Shown: piece after piece, positions 47,059 through 56,762 of the stretch
How positions within the stretch are numbered: position 1 is the stretch's first letter
Layout of the letters: each line of letters opens with the position of its first letter
Assembly (NCBI GenBank): GCA_963801355.1
Contig: CAWDEM010000008.1
Span: 1,696,001-1,760,000 of the forward strand
DNA length: 64,000 nucleotides
Source of the DNA: Ignavibacteriota bacterium
GTDB taxonomy: Bacteria > Bacteroidota > Ignavibacteria > UBA10030 > UBA6906
Reading direction: 5' to 3'
Program-made: the position numbers and the translations under genes
The notes under the pieces: generated by a model
Database searches by the model: none
What the model was told of the DNA's origin: nothing
What the model saw: the letters and a program-made list of their open reading frames with translations, nothing else

Positions 47059-49164
47059 TCATCCTCCCAGATTCATCAGGAAGATGTAGAGCAAGATGAC
47101 AACCACGACCATCACCCAACACCCAATGAAGCCCCAGATGTCGGCTTTCGTGGGCTTCCAGAACTCCCAGTCCGTATTGGGAAACAACTTGCGTTGCTCC
47201 ACGATCTCGGGATGATCGATTGCCTCCCGCACCAGCCTGGCGTCCTCCACAGGGTCGGCGACGGTCGGGGTATGTACCGAGCCATAGAACTCACGAAGGA
47301 CTTTTTCAGAGTTCCGTCTGGTGACGAGACTTATTGCGAAGATCAGTATGAAGGGAAACACAATATCGAAGATGAGCGAGACCGTGGAAAGCTGGGGCTT
47401 GTTCATGGTCTCTACGGGGACTCCGAGCAGAGAACAGTAGTAGATCTGATTTCTGAAGGATCCTTTGCCGATCATCCGCGATGAGGGGTTTGTTTCGTCC
47501 TCCCGCACAACTTCGTCAAAATACACCGCCACCGGCGGCTGGACTACCCGTTTCTGAATCATCTGCCCCACCGAGTCAGCTTTGCCCAGGGCAACGTCTT
47601 CCTGAACGGCTCCCGTAGTGATCAAAAAGACCCGCTCGGGCGACTGCACTGTCAGGTCAGGATTGGCGCGTATGAAATCAAACATGGGCCCGACGGCAGG
47701 AATCACAGCAGTGGTCATGATCGACACCACCATCTGGATAACCACCGCCCGTGTTGTCAGTCTCCGCCAGAAATAGACCAGCCAGAGTCCCGGACCGATG
47801 ATCGTCCCGACCGAAATGACATTCTTGAGCAGCACGAAGATGTCATCCAGCCGCTGTGCAAAGAGTATCGAGCAGACAAGTACGATGACAATGACAAACC
47901 GCCCTGTGTTGACCTGTGTCCGCTCGGTCGATTTCGGCCGGAGAGGAAGAAGGATATTCTGCGTGAATGCCGCAGACCACTCGAGTGCAGCGGCTCCCTT
48001 GCTCGACATATTGCCCGCCATGATAGCGGCAATCATCAATCCCACAAAACCGGGCCCCAGGAGCTCCTTCGTCAGGACGCCCCAAATCATTGTGGGATCC
48101 GCGAGCTGTCCACCGAACAGGCCGACAGCGATGAGTCCGGTAAATGCCCAACCGATCATTACGAATCGTTTGGCAAAGGATCCAGTCACAAGCCCCACCC
48201 GGGCTGTCATGTCGTCTTTCGGTGCGCCGCCACTGGTGAAATTCTTCGGCGCGAAGCCGACCAGGTTTGCGGTGGCAAATGCGGCCACGAAATACCACGT
48301 GTACTCGCTGACCGAGGCGGAGCCGAAGAGATCGAACATGTAATCAGGTACCTGTGCATGCAAACCCGTCAGTCCCCCGAGCTTTATCAGACCGAGCGGA
48401 ATCATCGCAAACGAGAGGAACAAAATGAGGATCCCTTGTATAACATCGGTGAAGGCTACGGCGAAGAGTCCTCCCAGAATCGTGTAGGCACCTACGATCG
48501 CGGCATAGCTGAGGTAGAACCAATCGATGTGAAGGTAGGAGACGAACGACTGGAGCTCGTGACGCTTGTCTTTCTCCTGGAGGATACTGAGCTCCACTTT
48601 TTCCTCCGGGTTGAGCGGTACGGAGGCCTGCTGCTTTTGCAGCACCTGGTAGCGGTCGAAGTCGCGGATCGATTGCGCCTCCTCCTGGGTGTATTCCGTC
48701 GCCGGCTTTACCATCATGGCCTGCAGGGTCTTCCCGGTGATCACCAGGGCAAACGCTCCTCCGTACATGGCAACGAGGAGGGTATAGACCGCGAACAGCA
48801 TGCCGAGGTTCTTACTCTCAAACCGGTGCAGATACATATCGCCGGGACCTACGTACCGGGTGCGCTTCTGCAACACGGAGATGAACCAGTAGAACGGCGT
48901 AATGAACAGCGTGAGATTCTGGAACCAGAGTCCTGAGAGACCCTGGCGGTAGATCTCGCGGGTGACGCCTGCGGCTTGATCCGAGCTCGTGATCGAGCCG
49001 AAGCTCAGGAACGTCGAGAGGACCTTGCCGAAGCTGCGCCCCCCCTGATAGAAAGCGCGAGTGTTTACGATTTTCTTGCGTGCCCAGATGCCAATAAGAA
49101 CCATAAGGAGCAGGTAGAGGCCGATAACCAGCCAGTCGAGGTAATGGAGGCCGAAAATGGACAT
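47059..49164 (-). CDS. Sodium:solute symporter (SSS) family transporter
   Basis: FYQGGRSFG, YTILGGLFAVAFTDVIQG and GFVGLMIAAIMAGNMSS; about 14 TM segments. Confidence 0.9.
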   Translation of the reverse strand: MSIFGLHYLDWLVIGLYLLLMVLIGIWARKKIVNTRAFYQGGRSFGKVLSTFLSFGSITSSDQAAGVTREIYRQGLSGLWFQNLTLFITPFYWFISVLQKRTRYVGPGDMYLHRFESKNLGMLFAVYTLLVAMYGGAFALVITGKTLQAMMVKPATEYTQEEAQSIRDFDRYQVLQKQQASVPLNPEEKVELSILQEKDKRHELQSFVSYLHIDWFYLSYAAIVGAYTILGGLFAVAFTDVIQGILILFLSFAMIPLGLIKLGGLTGLHAQVPDYMFDLFGSASVSEYTWYFVAAFATANLVGFAPKNFTSGGAPKDDMTARVGLVTGSFAKRFVMIGWAFTGLIAVGLFGGQLADPTMIWGVLTKELLGPGFVGLMIAAIMAGNMSSKGAAALEWSAAFTQNILLPLRPKSTERTQVNTGRFVIVIVLVCSILFAQRLDDIFVLLKNVISVGTIIGPGLWLVYFWRRLTTRAVVIQMVVSIMTTAVIPAVGPMFDFIRANPDLTVQSPERVFLITTGAVQEDVALGKADSVGQMIQKRVVQPPVAVYFDEVVREDETNPSSRMIGKGSFRNQIYYCSLLGVPVETMNKPQLSTVSLIFDIVFPFILIFAISLVTRRNSEKVLREFYGSVHTPTVADPVEDARLVREAIDHPEIVEQRKLFPNTDWEFWKPTKADIWGFIGCWVMVVVVILLYIFLMNLGG

Positions 49165-49269
49165 GTATGATCACACCAGGAAGTTGCTGTTGTCACCCCA
49201 TCGCTAGAACCAATGGGGTTATGCGTCTGCTATCAACTATCTAAGACGGGAATGCTGTATGCCGACGGG

Positions 49270-51732
49270 TCACTTGTGACCCCCGGCATCCTCCGAGCCC
49301 AGGACGAGGTACGCGCCTTTGATTGCTTGTGTTCGCGCTTCGATGGTGGAAACACCGGCCGGCAAGGGCTGAAACACAATCCGCGCGACCCCCGAGGAGA
49401 ATTCAATAACACGGCTGCCTGTCGGCGTTCCAAGGTCTGCCAGCAAATGCCCGCGTCCCTCGGAAGTAAAGTAGACCCGGTCACGGGCGGAGAGGCAGAG
49501 CCGACCCTGTTTGTCGACCGCCTTCACTGTCACCAGGATGTTCCCGCCGGGGAGAGGCTCGCCAGAAAGCAGAAGCGCATTGGGCGATCCATGCCGTTGG
49601 TGAGTGTATCGAACGATGAGAGAGTCTTTGACTATTCCACCGGAACCGTCGGCGCCGGCAGCCTCTATCCGGTTTTCCCCTTCCGCAAATTGTACATCCC
49701 AGACTTGCCCTGAGGCCGGAAATACGCCTGGCATGCGGACTCTCTTGCCCTGACTCTTCCCGTTTACCGTGAGCAGGACCGTATCACAATTGCTATAGAC
49801 GCGCACCTGCCGGGATACCCCCCCGGGTCCTGCACGTTCAGTCCATGTGTGCGACAAAATGTAGCAGAAGCGGGGTGATTGTGTCCACCGGCTCTTGAAA
49901 ACATAGAACGCATCCTTGGGATTTCCTGCGCGGTCCATCACGCCTTTCTGGTTCACATAGGGGATCGGGTTCTCGGGCCGCAGGGGCGTCGCAAAGTCTT
50001 TGAAGAGCCACTGGGCGTTTCCGGCGAACCACGGAAGCCTCTCGCTGACGCACAGGTGCCAGTCCAGAAGATCCACCATGTAGCTCTCACTCCAGTCCCC
50101 GGTGTTGGCAATCTTGATTTCCCGTTTCCGGACAAAGGTGGAGTCCCAACCATCCGTCGTCGTATATCCGTTGCCATCAATGGGATTTTCGACGTGGCGC
50201 CCCACATGGCTGTCACCACCGTATTCCATATGGAGCAGCCTTGGGTAGAGTTTGCGCGCTTCCTCAATTGCACTTTCGTAGTTGGCGTAGACTGAACTGT
50301 ACCACCCCATCCAGATCGAAGGCGAGAACACATCAGGAATGCTTGCCCCCTCGGGGAACCTTCGCATGGCTGTAACTCTTTCCGGATCCAGCGTATGTGC
50401 GATGCCGTTCAACTCGCGGAGGAAGGCCCGTATCGAATCCACATTACCCCTTGTCGGAGACTCCGCATCGGATTCCACTTCATTCCCAATTGACCAGAGG
50501 ATGATGCTCGGGTGATTGAAATTCTGCAGGATCATCTCCCGCAACATTCCGCGTGCATTCTCTTTCCATTGTGCGCCCCCCACCCCTCCCCGGCACCAGG
50601 GAAGCTCATCCCATACGAGCAATCCCAGCTGATCGCAGAGCCGGTAGACTTCAGGGTCCTGCGGATAGTGGCCAAGGCGGACGAAGTTCGCCCCCATTTC
50701 CTTGATTCCACGGAAGTCTTGGCGCGTGATGCTGTCGGGCACCGCACCACCAAACCCAGCGTGGTCCTCATGCCGCTGTGTCCCCCGAATCAGAAGGCGC
50801 TGCCCATTGAGATAGAACGGTCCCCCTTCCTTGAATTCGAACCAGCGGTAGCCGAATGTTTCCCTCGCGACATCCATCACCTTGTCGCCGTCGCCGATGG
50901 AGACCTCGAGTGCATAGAGTTCGGGTGAATCAGGTGACCAGAGCCGGGGAGATGGAACTGCAGGGAGTGCGAGTGCATGATGCGACTGCCCGGCCGGCAC
51001 ATCGACGCGTCGATACAACGTTGCGACGGCATGACCTCCGTTCCCGCGAATAGTCGCCCTGACATCGAGGCTCAACGGTCGACCGGTAGCATTCGCGATC
51101 TGGAAATCGACGCGCGTATCGGCGCTCACGCTGTCGACCCGGGGGGTGTGAATCCGGACGTTCTCGACGGAGATCTTGGGCCGGTATTTCAGCCACACAT
51201 CGCGAGTGATACCACCACAGAGTACGAAATCGGAGAGTTGCGACGGGAGCAAGTCCTCGTCCATCACATTATCCGCGTAAACCACTATCTGGTTCTCCGC
51301 TCCAAACACGACAAAAGGCGTTATGTCGACATCAAAACCGACGTACCCGCCGACGTGGCCACCCGCTTGCTTCCCATTGACGTGCACATCAGCCTTCATG
51401 TTGACCGCTTCAAACGTCAGGATCACTTTCATCCCGGATCGCGAATCGGGGACAAACAGTTTTCTCGTATACATCCCTATGCCGCGTCTGTATCCCGGGA
51501 CCATGTCCACTGCGTCGAATGCATTCCATGTGTGGGGAAGAGTTACCGGCACCCCGGTCCCCATTTTCTCATCTAAGAGGAGGTATTCGGTGGTCGGGAC
51601 ATCGAGATATTTCCAGCCGTCATTGAGCAGAATCGTCGAGGAATCTCGACGGCCGGCAGGCTCCGCAGGTGCCTGGTGAATGACGAGGCCGAGCAACAAC
51701 ACCTGAGCCAGGGAACGGGCAGAGTAGTTCAC
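49270..51732 (-). CDS. Exported glycoside hydrolase family 2 (beta-galactosidase-like)
   Basis: LPHTWNA, GGITRDV, GTQRHED, MGANFVRLGHYPQ, WSIGNE (acid/base), MEYGG (nucleophile) and NQKGVMD. Confidence 0.92.
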   Translation of the reverse strand: MNYSARSLAQVLLLGLVIHQAPAEPAGRRDSSTILLNDGWKYLDVPTTEYLLLDEKMGTGVPVTLPHTWNAFDAVDMVPGYRRGIGMYTRKLFVPDSRSGMKVILTFEAVNMKADVHVNGKQAGGHVGGYVGFDVDITPFVVFGAENQIVVYADNVMDEDLLPSQLSDFVLCGGITRDVWLKYRPKISVENVRIHTPRVDSVSADTRVDFQIANATGRPLSLDVRATIRGNGGHAVATLYRRVDVPAGQSHHALALPAVPSPRLWSPDSPELYALEVSIGDGDKVMDVARETFGYRWFEFKEGGPFYLNGQRLLIRGTQRHEDHAGFGGAVPDSITRQDFRGIKEMGANFVRLGHYPQDPEVYRLCDQLGLLVWDELPWCRGGVGGAQWKENARGMLREMILQNFNHPSIILWSIGNEVESDAESPTRGNVDSIRAFLRELNGIAHTLDPERVTAMRRFPEGASIPDVFSPSIWMGWYSSVYANYESAIEEARKLYPRLLHMEYGGDSHVGRHVENPIDGNGYTTTDGWDSTFVRKREIKIANTGDWSESYMVDLLDWHLCVSERLPWFAGNAQWLFKDFATPLRPENPIPYVNQKGVMDRAGNPKDAFYVFKSRWTQSPRFCYILSHTWTERAGPGGVSRQVRVYSNCDTVLLTVNGKSQGKRVRMPGVFPASGQVWDVQFAEGENRIEAAGADGSGGIVKDSLIVRYTHQRHGSPNALLLSGEPLPGGNILVTVKAVDKQGRLCLSARDRVYFTSEGRGHLLADLGTPTGSRVIEFSSGVARIVFQPLPAGVSTIEARTQAIKGAYLVLGSEDAGGHK

Positions 51733-51787
51733 ATCGCTCCGTGCAGGGGCAATTGGCGGGAATGGAGCAATCGGGATTCCAGGTGGT

Positions 51788-51900
51788 TTACCACGACTCC
51801 TTGAAAAACGATGCGTCGGTGAAGTATGATTTCGCCAATTCTTCCAGCTTCTTCATTTCTTCGGGCGGGAGCGGCTCAAACTCCCTTTCACATAACCCAC
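51788..51900 (-). pseudogene. Possible orphan 3' gene fragment (aldo/keto-reductase-like tail)
   Basis: EREFEPLPPEEMKKLEELAKSYFTDASFFKESW* reads like real protein, but the upstream frame does not. The family guess is from memory only. Confidence 0.3.
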
Positions 51901-52257
51901 GTGTAAGGGAAAGTAGCGGATTTGGCGGGCATACGCAAGAAGAATGGCGTCCCGGCACACTACGCCGCACCCTACACCGATATTGTAACCCATACTGCAA
52001 CCCACCCTGTGACACCGCCGATTCCTTTTCCGGTTTTGTTATCGCCGGCACTCGCGTGCTGGCCATGGTTGGCGAACGAAACAGACCAGACTTTGACAAA
52101 TCGGTGACAATCTCCGGTTTGGCTGTTCGCATATTGGTGCCAACGCTGTCCACGGGGGCGATTGCGGCTGCGCCTTCCACGCGTCAGCGAGATCTGTTGC
52201 ATCGCAGCCAGACAATGAATAACTTCCGGCACCTTCTCTTCCATACAGGAGCCAGAC

Positions 52258-54141
52258 ATGAAAACGCTCAGGGCTCTTCTTCCAGCCGCCGTTGCAGGCA
52301 TTCTCGCCGCCTCGATGGCAGTCCTTCTCATTCCGGGTTGCAGCCTGATTGGACTCTTCATCGGCAGCGGGATCGATGTCGTGTCACAGGATTCCATCCC
52401 TGTCTACTCCTGGCGTATCGATTCAGTGTTGCGGACCCACAATGTCACCGTCCTTCTGAAGGACGGCAACACATATCCCGATATGAACGTCCAGGTGAGA
52501 ATAGACTCATTCCCGGCGTACAAGCAGCGATTCGATGCTTTCGTTGCGACGCACGATTTCCCGGCATCGTATCCAAAGGTTATGGACTCGGTCATTGTGA
52601 CGACTAGCTCCGGGACTACGCTCTCCGCTCAATTGCTAGCGTATGATTTCGGACGTCTCGTACTGAAGCGGGACACAGGGAGGCTTTTGAATCTCAGTTT
52701 TGGGGATCCCCACATAGTCACAATGGGTGACGGCAAGTTTGCGACGCTGGGCCTGCGAACCACTGTGCCCGAGAGCGGTGTCCCTCTCTTGAGCTCACTA
52801 GCGCTAGTTGACGCGGCGTCGGGCGTATGCATCCGCACGGTGTCTCCTTACGACATCCAGCGAATCGAACACAACGACACGTCGGATGCCGGAACGGCCG
52901 GGTTCTTGATAGGCCTCGTCGTCGATCTAACTGTGGTCGCCGTGGTGACCTCGAATACAGGTCCTAGCACACCTCCTCCCCCACCGCGCGGGCAGGGGTC
53001 TTGTCCTTTTGTCTACAGCTATGATGGAAAGTCCTACATCCTGGATTCCGAGACATTCAGCGGTGCAATCCTCAAGGGGCTTCAGCGCACCGACTGCGAC
53101 AGGCTCGAATATCTCGTCGATATAGACAATACAGTCAAACTTAAGATTGCCAACGATCTCTCTGAGACTCAGTACGTGGATAATCTGAAGGTTCTTGCGG
53201 TCGATCACCCGCTACACACCACAATCGTAGCACGATCGCCATTTGATTTCTACACGATTGCCGTTCCACATGGTCCGCGAAGCGCAGAGGACTTCCGCGG
53301 GAATGTGATTACCCGGCTTGTGGTGGCAGACGACACTCTCTCCTGGATCAGCAACCCGGCCGGCAGAAGCCCCGGTGATCCGAATTCGATCCGCGATGGT
53401 TTGACACTCCGGTTCGATCGGCCGCGGGGAGCCCGTCGTGCCAAAGTGGTGCTCGCGCTTCGGAACACGCCGTGGGCCCTGGAAATGGAAGCTCAGCTCC
53501 TCCGCTTGCAGGGATCCGATCTGGAGCGCTGGTACGATGCGATGAATTCAGATGCCGACATGCGCGATGGATTCATCGATGCGGTGAAACGTGAAGCGAT
53601 GCTGCATGTGCAGATGTGGGATGGTCGATCATGGAAGACACTCGACTTCGTCCCGTTCCCCGGTCCGTATGTGGAGAAATCCACCGTCGCAATCGCGGAT
53701 CTGCAAGGAACACCGGAGACCGAGTTGGGTATCCGTATTGAATCCACCGCAGGACTCTGGACAGTGAATTCCGTGCAGGTCGATTTCACACCGGATATTC
53801 CTGTACCGGTTTCAGAAGCCCTATGTGTCGGAGCCCGTGACAACCATGGCAATGATCTCAGGCAGTCGCTCTCTGGAATCGATGGAACATACTACGTGCT
53901 CAAGCAGGGGGACGAAGCAGAACTCGCATTTTCGCTTCCGGCCAAAAGAGCCGGAAGATCACGCTCGTTCTTCCTGCTCTCGAATGGCTACTATACCATG
54001 GACATCCCTTCTGCAGGAACCCCGCAACGTGAGCTGTTGGCGCGGCTTGGCTCCGAGCCGGGAGCTTTTGGCAAGTATACCACCGGCCTTTTCAATGCAT
54101 GGGCGCACAGGGCGACGAGGGAACCGGAGGATATCAAGTAG
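52258..54141 (+). CDS. Hypothetical lipoprotein with internal hydrophobic segment, poly-Pro linker and a C-terminal domain starting SCPFVY
   Basis: AGGAG RBS; lipobox LIPGC; TPPPPPRGQGSCPFVYSYDGKSY; FFLLSNGYY near the C-terminus. Confidence 0.75.
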   Translation: MKTLRALLPAAVAGILAASMAVLLIPGCSLIGLFIGSGIDVVSQDSIPVYSWRIDSVLRTHNVTVLLKDGNTYPDMNVQVRIDSFPAYKQRFDAFVATHDFPASYPKVMDSVIVTTSSGTTLSAQLLAYDFGRLVLKRDTGRLLNLSFGDPHIVTMGDGKFATLGLRTTVPESGVPLLSSLALVDAASGVCIRTVSPYDIQRIEHNDTSDAGTAGFLIGLVVDLTVVAVVTSNTGPSTPPPPPRGQGSCPFVYSYDGKSYILDSETFSGAILKGLQRTDCDRLEYLVDIDNTVKLKIANDLSETQYVDNLKVLAVDHPLHTTIVARSPFDFYTIAVPHGPRSAEDFRGNVITRLVVADDTLSWISNPAGRSPGDPNSIRDGLTLRFDRPRGARRAKVVLALRNTPWALEMEAQLLRLQGSDLERWYDAMNSDADMRDGFIDAVKREAMLHVQMWDGRSWKTLDFVPFPGPYVEKSTVAIADLQGTPETELGIRIESTAGLWTVNSVQVDFTPDIPVPVSEALCVGARDNHGNDLRQSLSGIDGTYYVLKQGDEAELAFSLPAKRAGRSRSFFLLSNGYYTMDIPSAGTPQRELLARLGSEPGAFGKYTTGLFNAWAHRATREPEDIK

Positions 54142-54162
54142 AACCCACGACAGGGTGCCTCG

Positions 54163-55536
54163 ATGATACGTGCGTTTTCTGTCCCCACGGTGAACGAAGA
54201 CTGCGCTCTCCCTACTCAAAGACCCGGGACGCCGCCAGCCCTGTCGTTCCCGAGCGGCTGGCAACTTGTGCCGGTTACACTCCGCTATGTAGCCGCAATG
54301 CTGGAATATGCCCTCCGGCGCAGCGGATATCCTCACTTCCGCTTGCGGTCACTTCTCACGCTGAAGCGAAAGAAACTCATTGCCATACGGCGCATTGCCC
54401 GGTTGGGCAGTCACTACTACGGGACAACGATGCGGATCCCGCGATGGCCTTCCCGTGCCTTCGACAGGATGGTTGCCAACGGCGGACTCAACATCGAGGC
54501 GGACATTATTTCTGAGAAGCATCAGATCGATTCAGCGATCCTGTCGATCACACGCAAATGCTCCTACGCATGCGAACATTGCTCCGATTCAGTCAATCGT
54601 CATGCCGACGATATAGTCCCCGTGCAACGCTGGATCCAGACGGTGGGCGAGCTCCAGGCAGTTGGCACGAGCGTTATCATCCTCTCCGGCGGTGAGCCAA
54701 TGCTCCGTTATCCGGCTTTGCTCGAGATTCTGGGCAGCGCAGACCTGAATCTTTCGGATTTCCATTTGCACACTTCAGGCGCGGGTGTGACTCCTGCGCG
54801 CGCCAAGGAACTGGCCGGAAAGGGGTTGGTCGCCGCGGGCATCGGCCTTGACTACCCGGATGCCGCGCGGCAGGATCAATTCCGCGGCGTTCAGGGCGCT
54901 TTTGCCGCCGCAGTAGAGGCACTCCGACTTTTCGCAAGTGCCGGCGTGTTCACGTACACAAACCTGTGCCTGCAAAAAGACCTCATCGCCGGCAATGGAC
55001 TGTATGCATATCTCGACCTGGCAAAAATGCTGAATGTGGGCAGCGTGCAGCTGCTTGAACCCAAGCCGTGTGGTAAGTATGCCACCCACCCGGCTGACGG
55101 GCTTTTCTCCGACGCAGACCGGACTGAAGTCATGAAGTTCTTCATCGATGCGAATCAATCGAAGCAATTCAAAGACTATCCACCCGTCGCCTACACAGCC
55201 TACTACGAGAGGCCGGAGAACTTTGGGTGTCTGATGGGTGGACTCTCCCATCTTGCAATTGACGGAAACGGTAATGTGAATCCCTGCACCTTCGTTCCTG
55301 TATCGTTTGGCAACATCATGAACGAGGGATTTGCCGAGGTGTATCGACGCATGCGCGGTGTAATCTCACGACCGCACTACGGTACGTGCGCCTCCGTCTG
55401 TCTGAGCCCGGCCCTTGCCCGCTACAGGTTGCAGAGGGGAGCTCAAACGGTGCACTATAGTCAGTTCAGGAAGGAATGGCAGGCGGTGTTCTCTCCATCA
55501 TTCACTGAGACCCATAATGCCTCAAAAAGTGCCTGA
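54163..55536 (+). CDS. Radical SAM protein with C-terminal twitch/SPASM-like Cys cluster; start uncertain
   Basis: CSYACEHC, SGGEP and GCLMGGLSHLAIDGNGNVNPC...CASVC. Confidence 0.88.
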   Translation: MIRAFSVPTVNEDCALPTQRPGTPPALSFPSGWQLVPVTLRYVAAMLEYALRRSGYPHFRLRSLLTLKRKKLIAIRRIARLGSHYYGTTMRIPRWPSRAFDRMVANGGLNIEADIISEKHQIDSAILSITRKCSYACEHCSDSVNRHADDIVPVQRWIQTVGELQAVGTSVIILSGGEPMLRYPALLEILGSADLNLSDFHLHTSGAGVTPARAKELAGKGLVAAGIGLDYPDAARQDQFRGVQGAFAAAVEALRLFASAGVFTYTNLCLQKDLIAGNGLYAYLDLAKMLNVGSVQLLEPKPCGKYATHPADGLFSDADRTEVMKFFIDANQSKQFKDYPPVAYTAYYERPENFGCLMGGLSHLAIDGNGNVNPCTFVPVSFGNIMNEGFAEVYRRMRGVISRPHYGTCASVCLSPALARYRLQRGAQTVHYSQFRKEWQAVFSPSFTETHNASKSA

Positions 55537-56755
55537 GGTAGTGGCCGAACTCTCCGTCGACGTCAACCGGCTGTTCCGGATGCCGTGGAAAACAAGCGAC
55601 AACGCGATGTCGTGGCTCGAGCCGACGCGCAAGTGCAATATCACCTGCGATGCCTGCTTTGCGATCAATGATCCTCTGAGCCAAAAAACTCTTGCGAAGA
55701 TCGAACACGAACTTGATACGCTGTTGAGGCTTCGCCGGACCGATGCCGTTCTCATCGCCGGCGGCGAACCCCTCACCCATCCCGACATCGTCGAGGTCGT
55801 CACGATGGTGAAGCGGAGGAAGGTCAAGGCGCAGCTGGTGACGAACGGCGTCGGGCTCGACGCACACCTCCTGCACAGACTCCACACCGCCGGTCTGTAT
55901 GGGATCACGTTTCATGTCGACAGCCATCAGGCTCGCCCCGGCTGGAAGGGAAAGAACGAACGGGAGCTCAATGTCCTCCGGCAACAGTTCGCCGACCTGG
56001 TGCGCACTGAGGGTAGGCTGGTATGTGCGTTCAATACCACGGTGTTCCCCGACACGCTGCACTTTCTCCCCGATATCGTTGAGTGGACAACCCGCAACAT
56101 CCGCGACGTAAGCGTCATGACACTCATTGCTGCAAGGATGCTCAGCCCCGACCTGCCATTCGAATTCTTCGCAGGTGGACGGAAGGTCGACCTCAAGGCA
56201 ATGGGTTTTTTCTCTGAGGTCCATCACGCAAACCTGACGACCATCGACATGTACCGGGAAGTGAAACGAGCGCTCCCTGATTATGAATTTGCCGCTTACG
56301 TTGGGGGGACTGCGATCCCCACATCGCTCAAGTGGGGAATCGCGTGCCGCGTGGGCAGCGGTAGACATTCATACGGAAATATGGGCCCGAGGTCTATGGA
56401 AATCCTCCAGAATGCCTATCACCTCTGGAACGGGTGCTATCTCTCGTATGCGCGGCCGGGATTGAGCCGTCAGGGTAAAGCGCTCCTGTTGTTTGGCCTG
56501 TTCGACCCCGAGGTGAGAAAGACTGCAAAGCATTACCTCCGTGCAATCGTCAGAAACCCGCTGCGGCTGTTCGAGCGGCTCTCAGTGCAGACCATCAGCT
56601 TGCTTCAACCCCTGGATATCCTGCCCAACGGAGAACAGGACAATTGCGATGGATGTCCGAACGGGACCGTCTGGCAGGACCGCATTGTCCCGGCCTGCCA
56701 GTTGGACAATTTCAAGAAGTTCGGCGGTCCGGTAACAATGGTTCCCCGTAGATAA
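55517..56755 (+). CDS. Radical SAM protein with C-terminal CxxC...PxC motif
   Basis: CNITCDACFA, AGGEPLTHP, LVTNG and CDGCPNGTVWQDRIVPAC; ATG 55517 overlaps the upstream gene end. Confidence 0.88.
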   Translation: MPQKVPEVVAELSVDVNRLFRMPWKTSDNAMSWLEPTRKCNITCDACFAINDPLSQKTLAKIEHELDTLLRLRRTDAVLIAGGEPLTHPDIVEVVTMVKRRKVKAQLVTNGVGLDAHLLHRLHTAGLYGITFHVDSHQARPGWKGKNERELNVLRQQFADLVRTEGRLVCAFNTTVFPDTLHFLPDIVEWTTRNIRDVSVMTLIAARMLSPDLPFEFFAGGRKVDLKAMGFFSEVHHANLTTIDMYREVKRALPDYEFAAYVGGTAIPTSLKWGIACRVGSGRHSYGNMGPRSMEILQNAYHLWNGCYLSYARPGLSRQGKALLLFGLFDPEVRKTAKHYLRAIVRNPLRLFERLSVQTISLLQPLDILPNGEQDNCDGCPNGTVWQDRIVPACQLDNFKKFGGPVTMVPRR

Positions 56756-56762
56756 TCCTCCG

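Noticed and set aside
51935-51965. tRNA gene
   Set aside because: Only a 9-nt match to a tRNA-like 3' end; no T-arm GTTCGA and no cloverleaf.
51741-52250. RiPP precursor for the radical SAM enzymes (YCNPYCNPPC in ORF 51741-52607; short ORF 51922-52107)
   Set aside because: No convincing RBS or start, no leader-like sequence, and no RRE, peptidase or exporter nearby. The Cys pattern derives from a 12-bp DNA repeat. The operon partners point to lipids instead, though a RiPP is not formally excluded.
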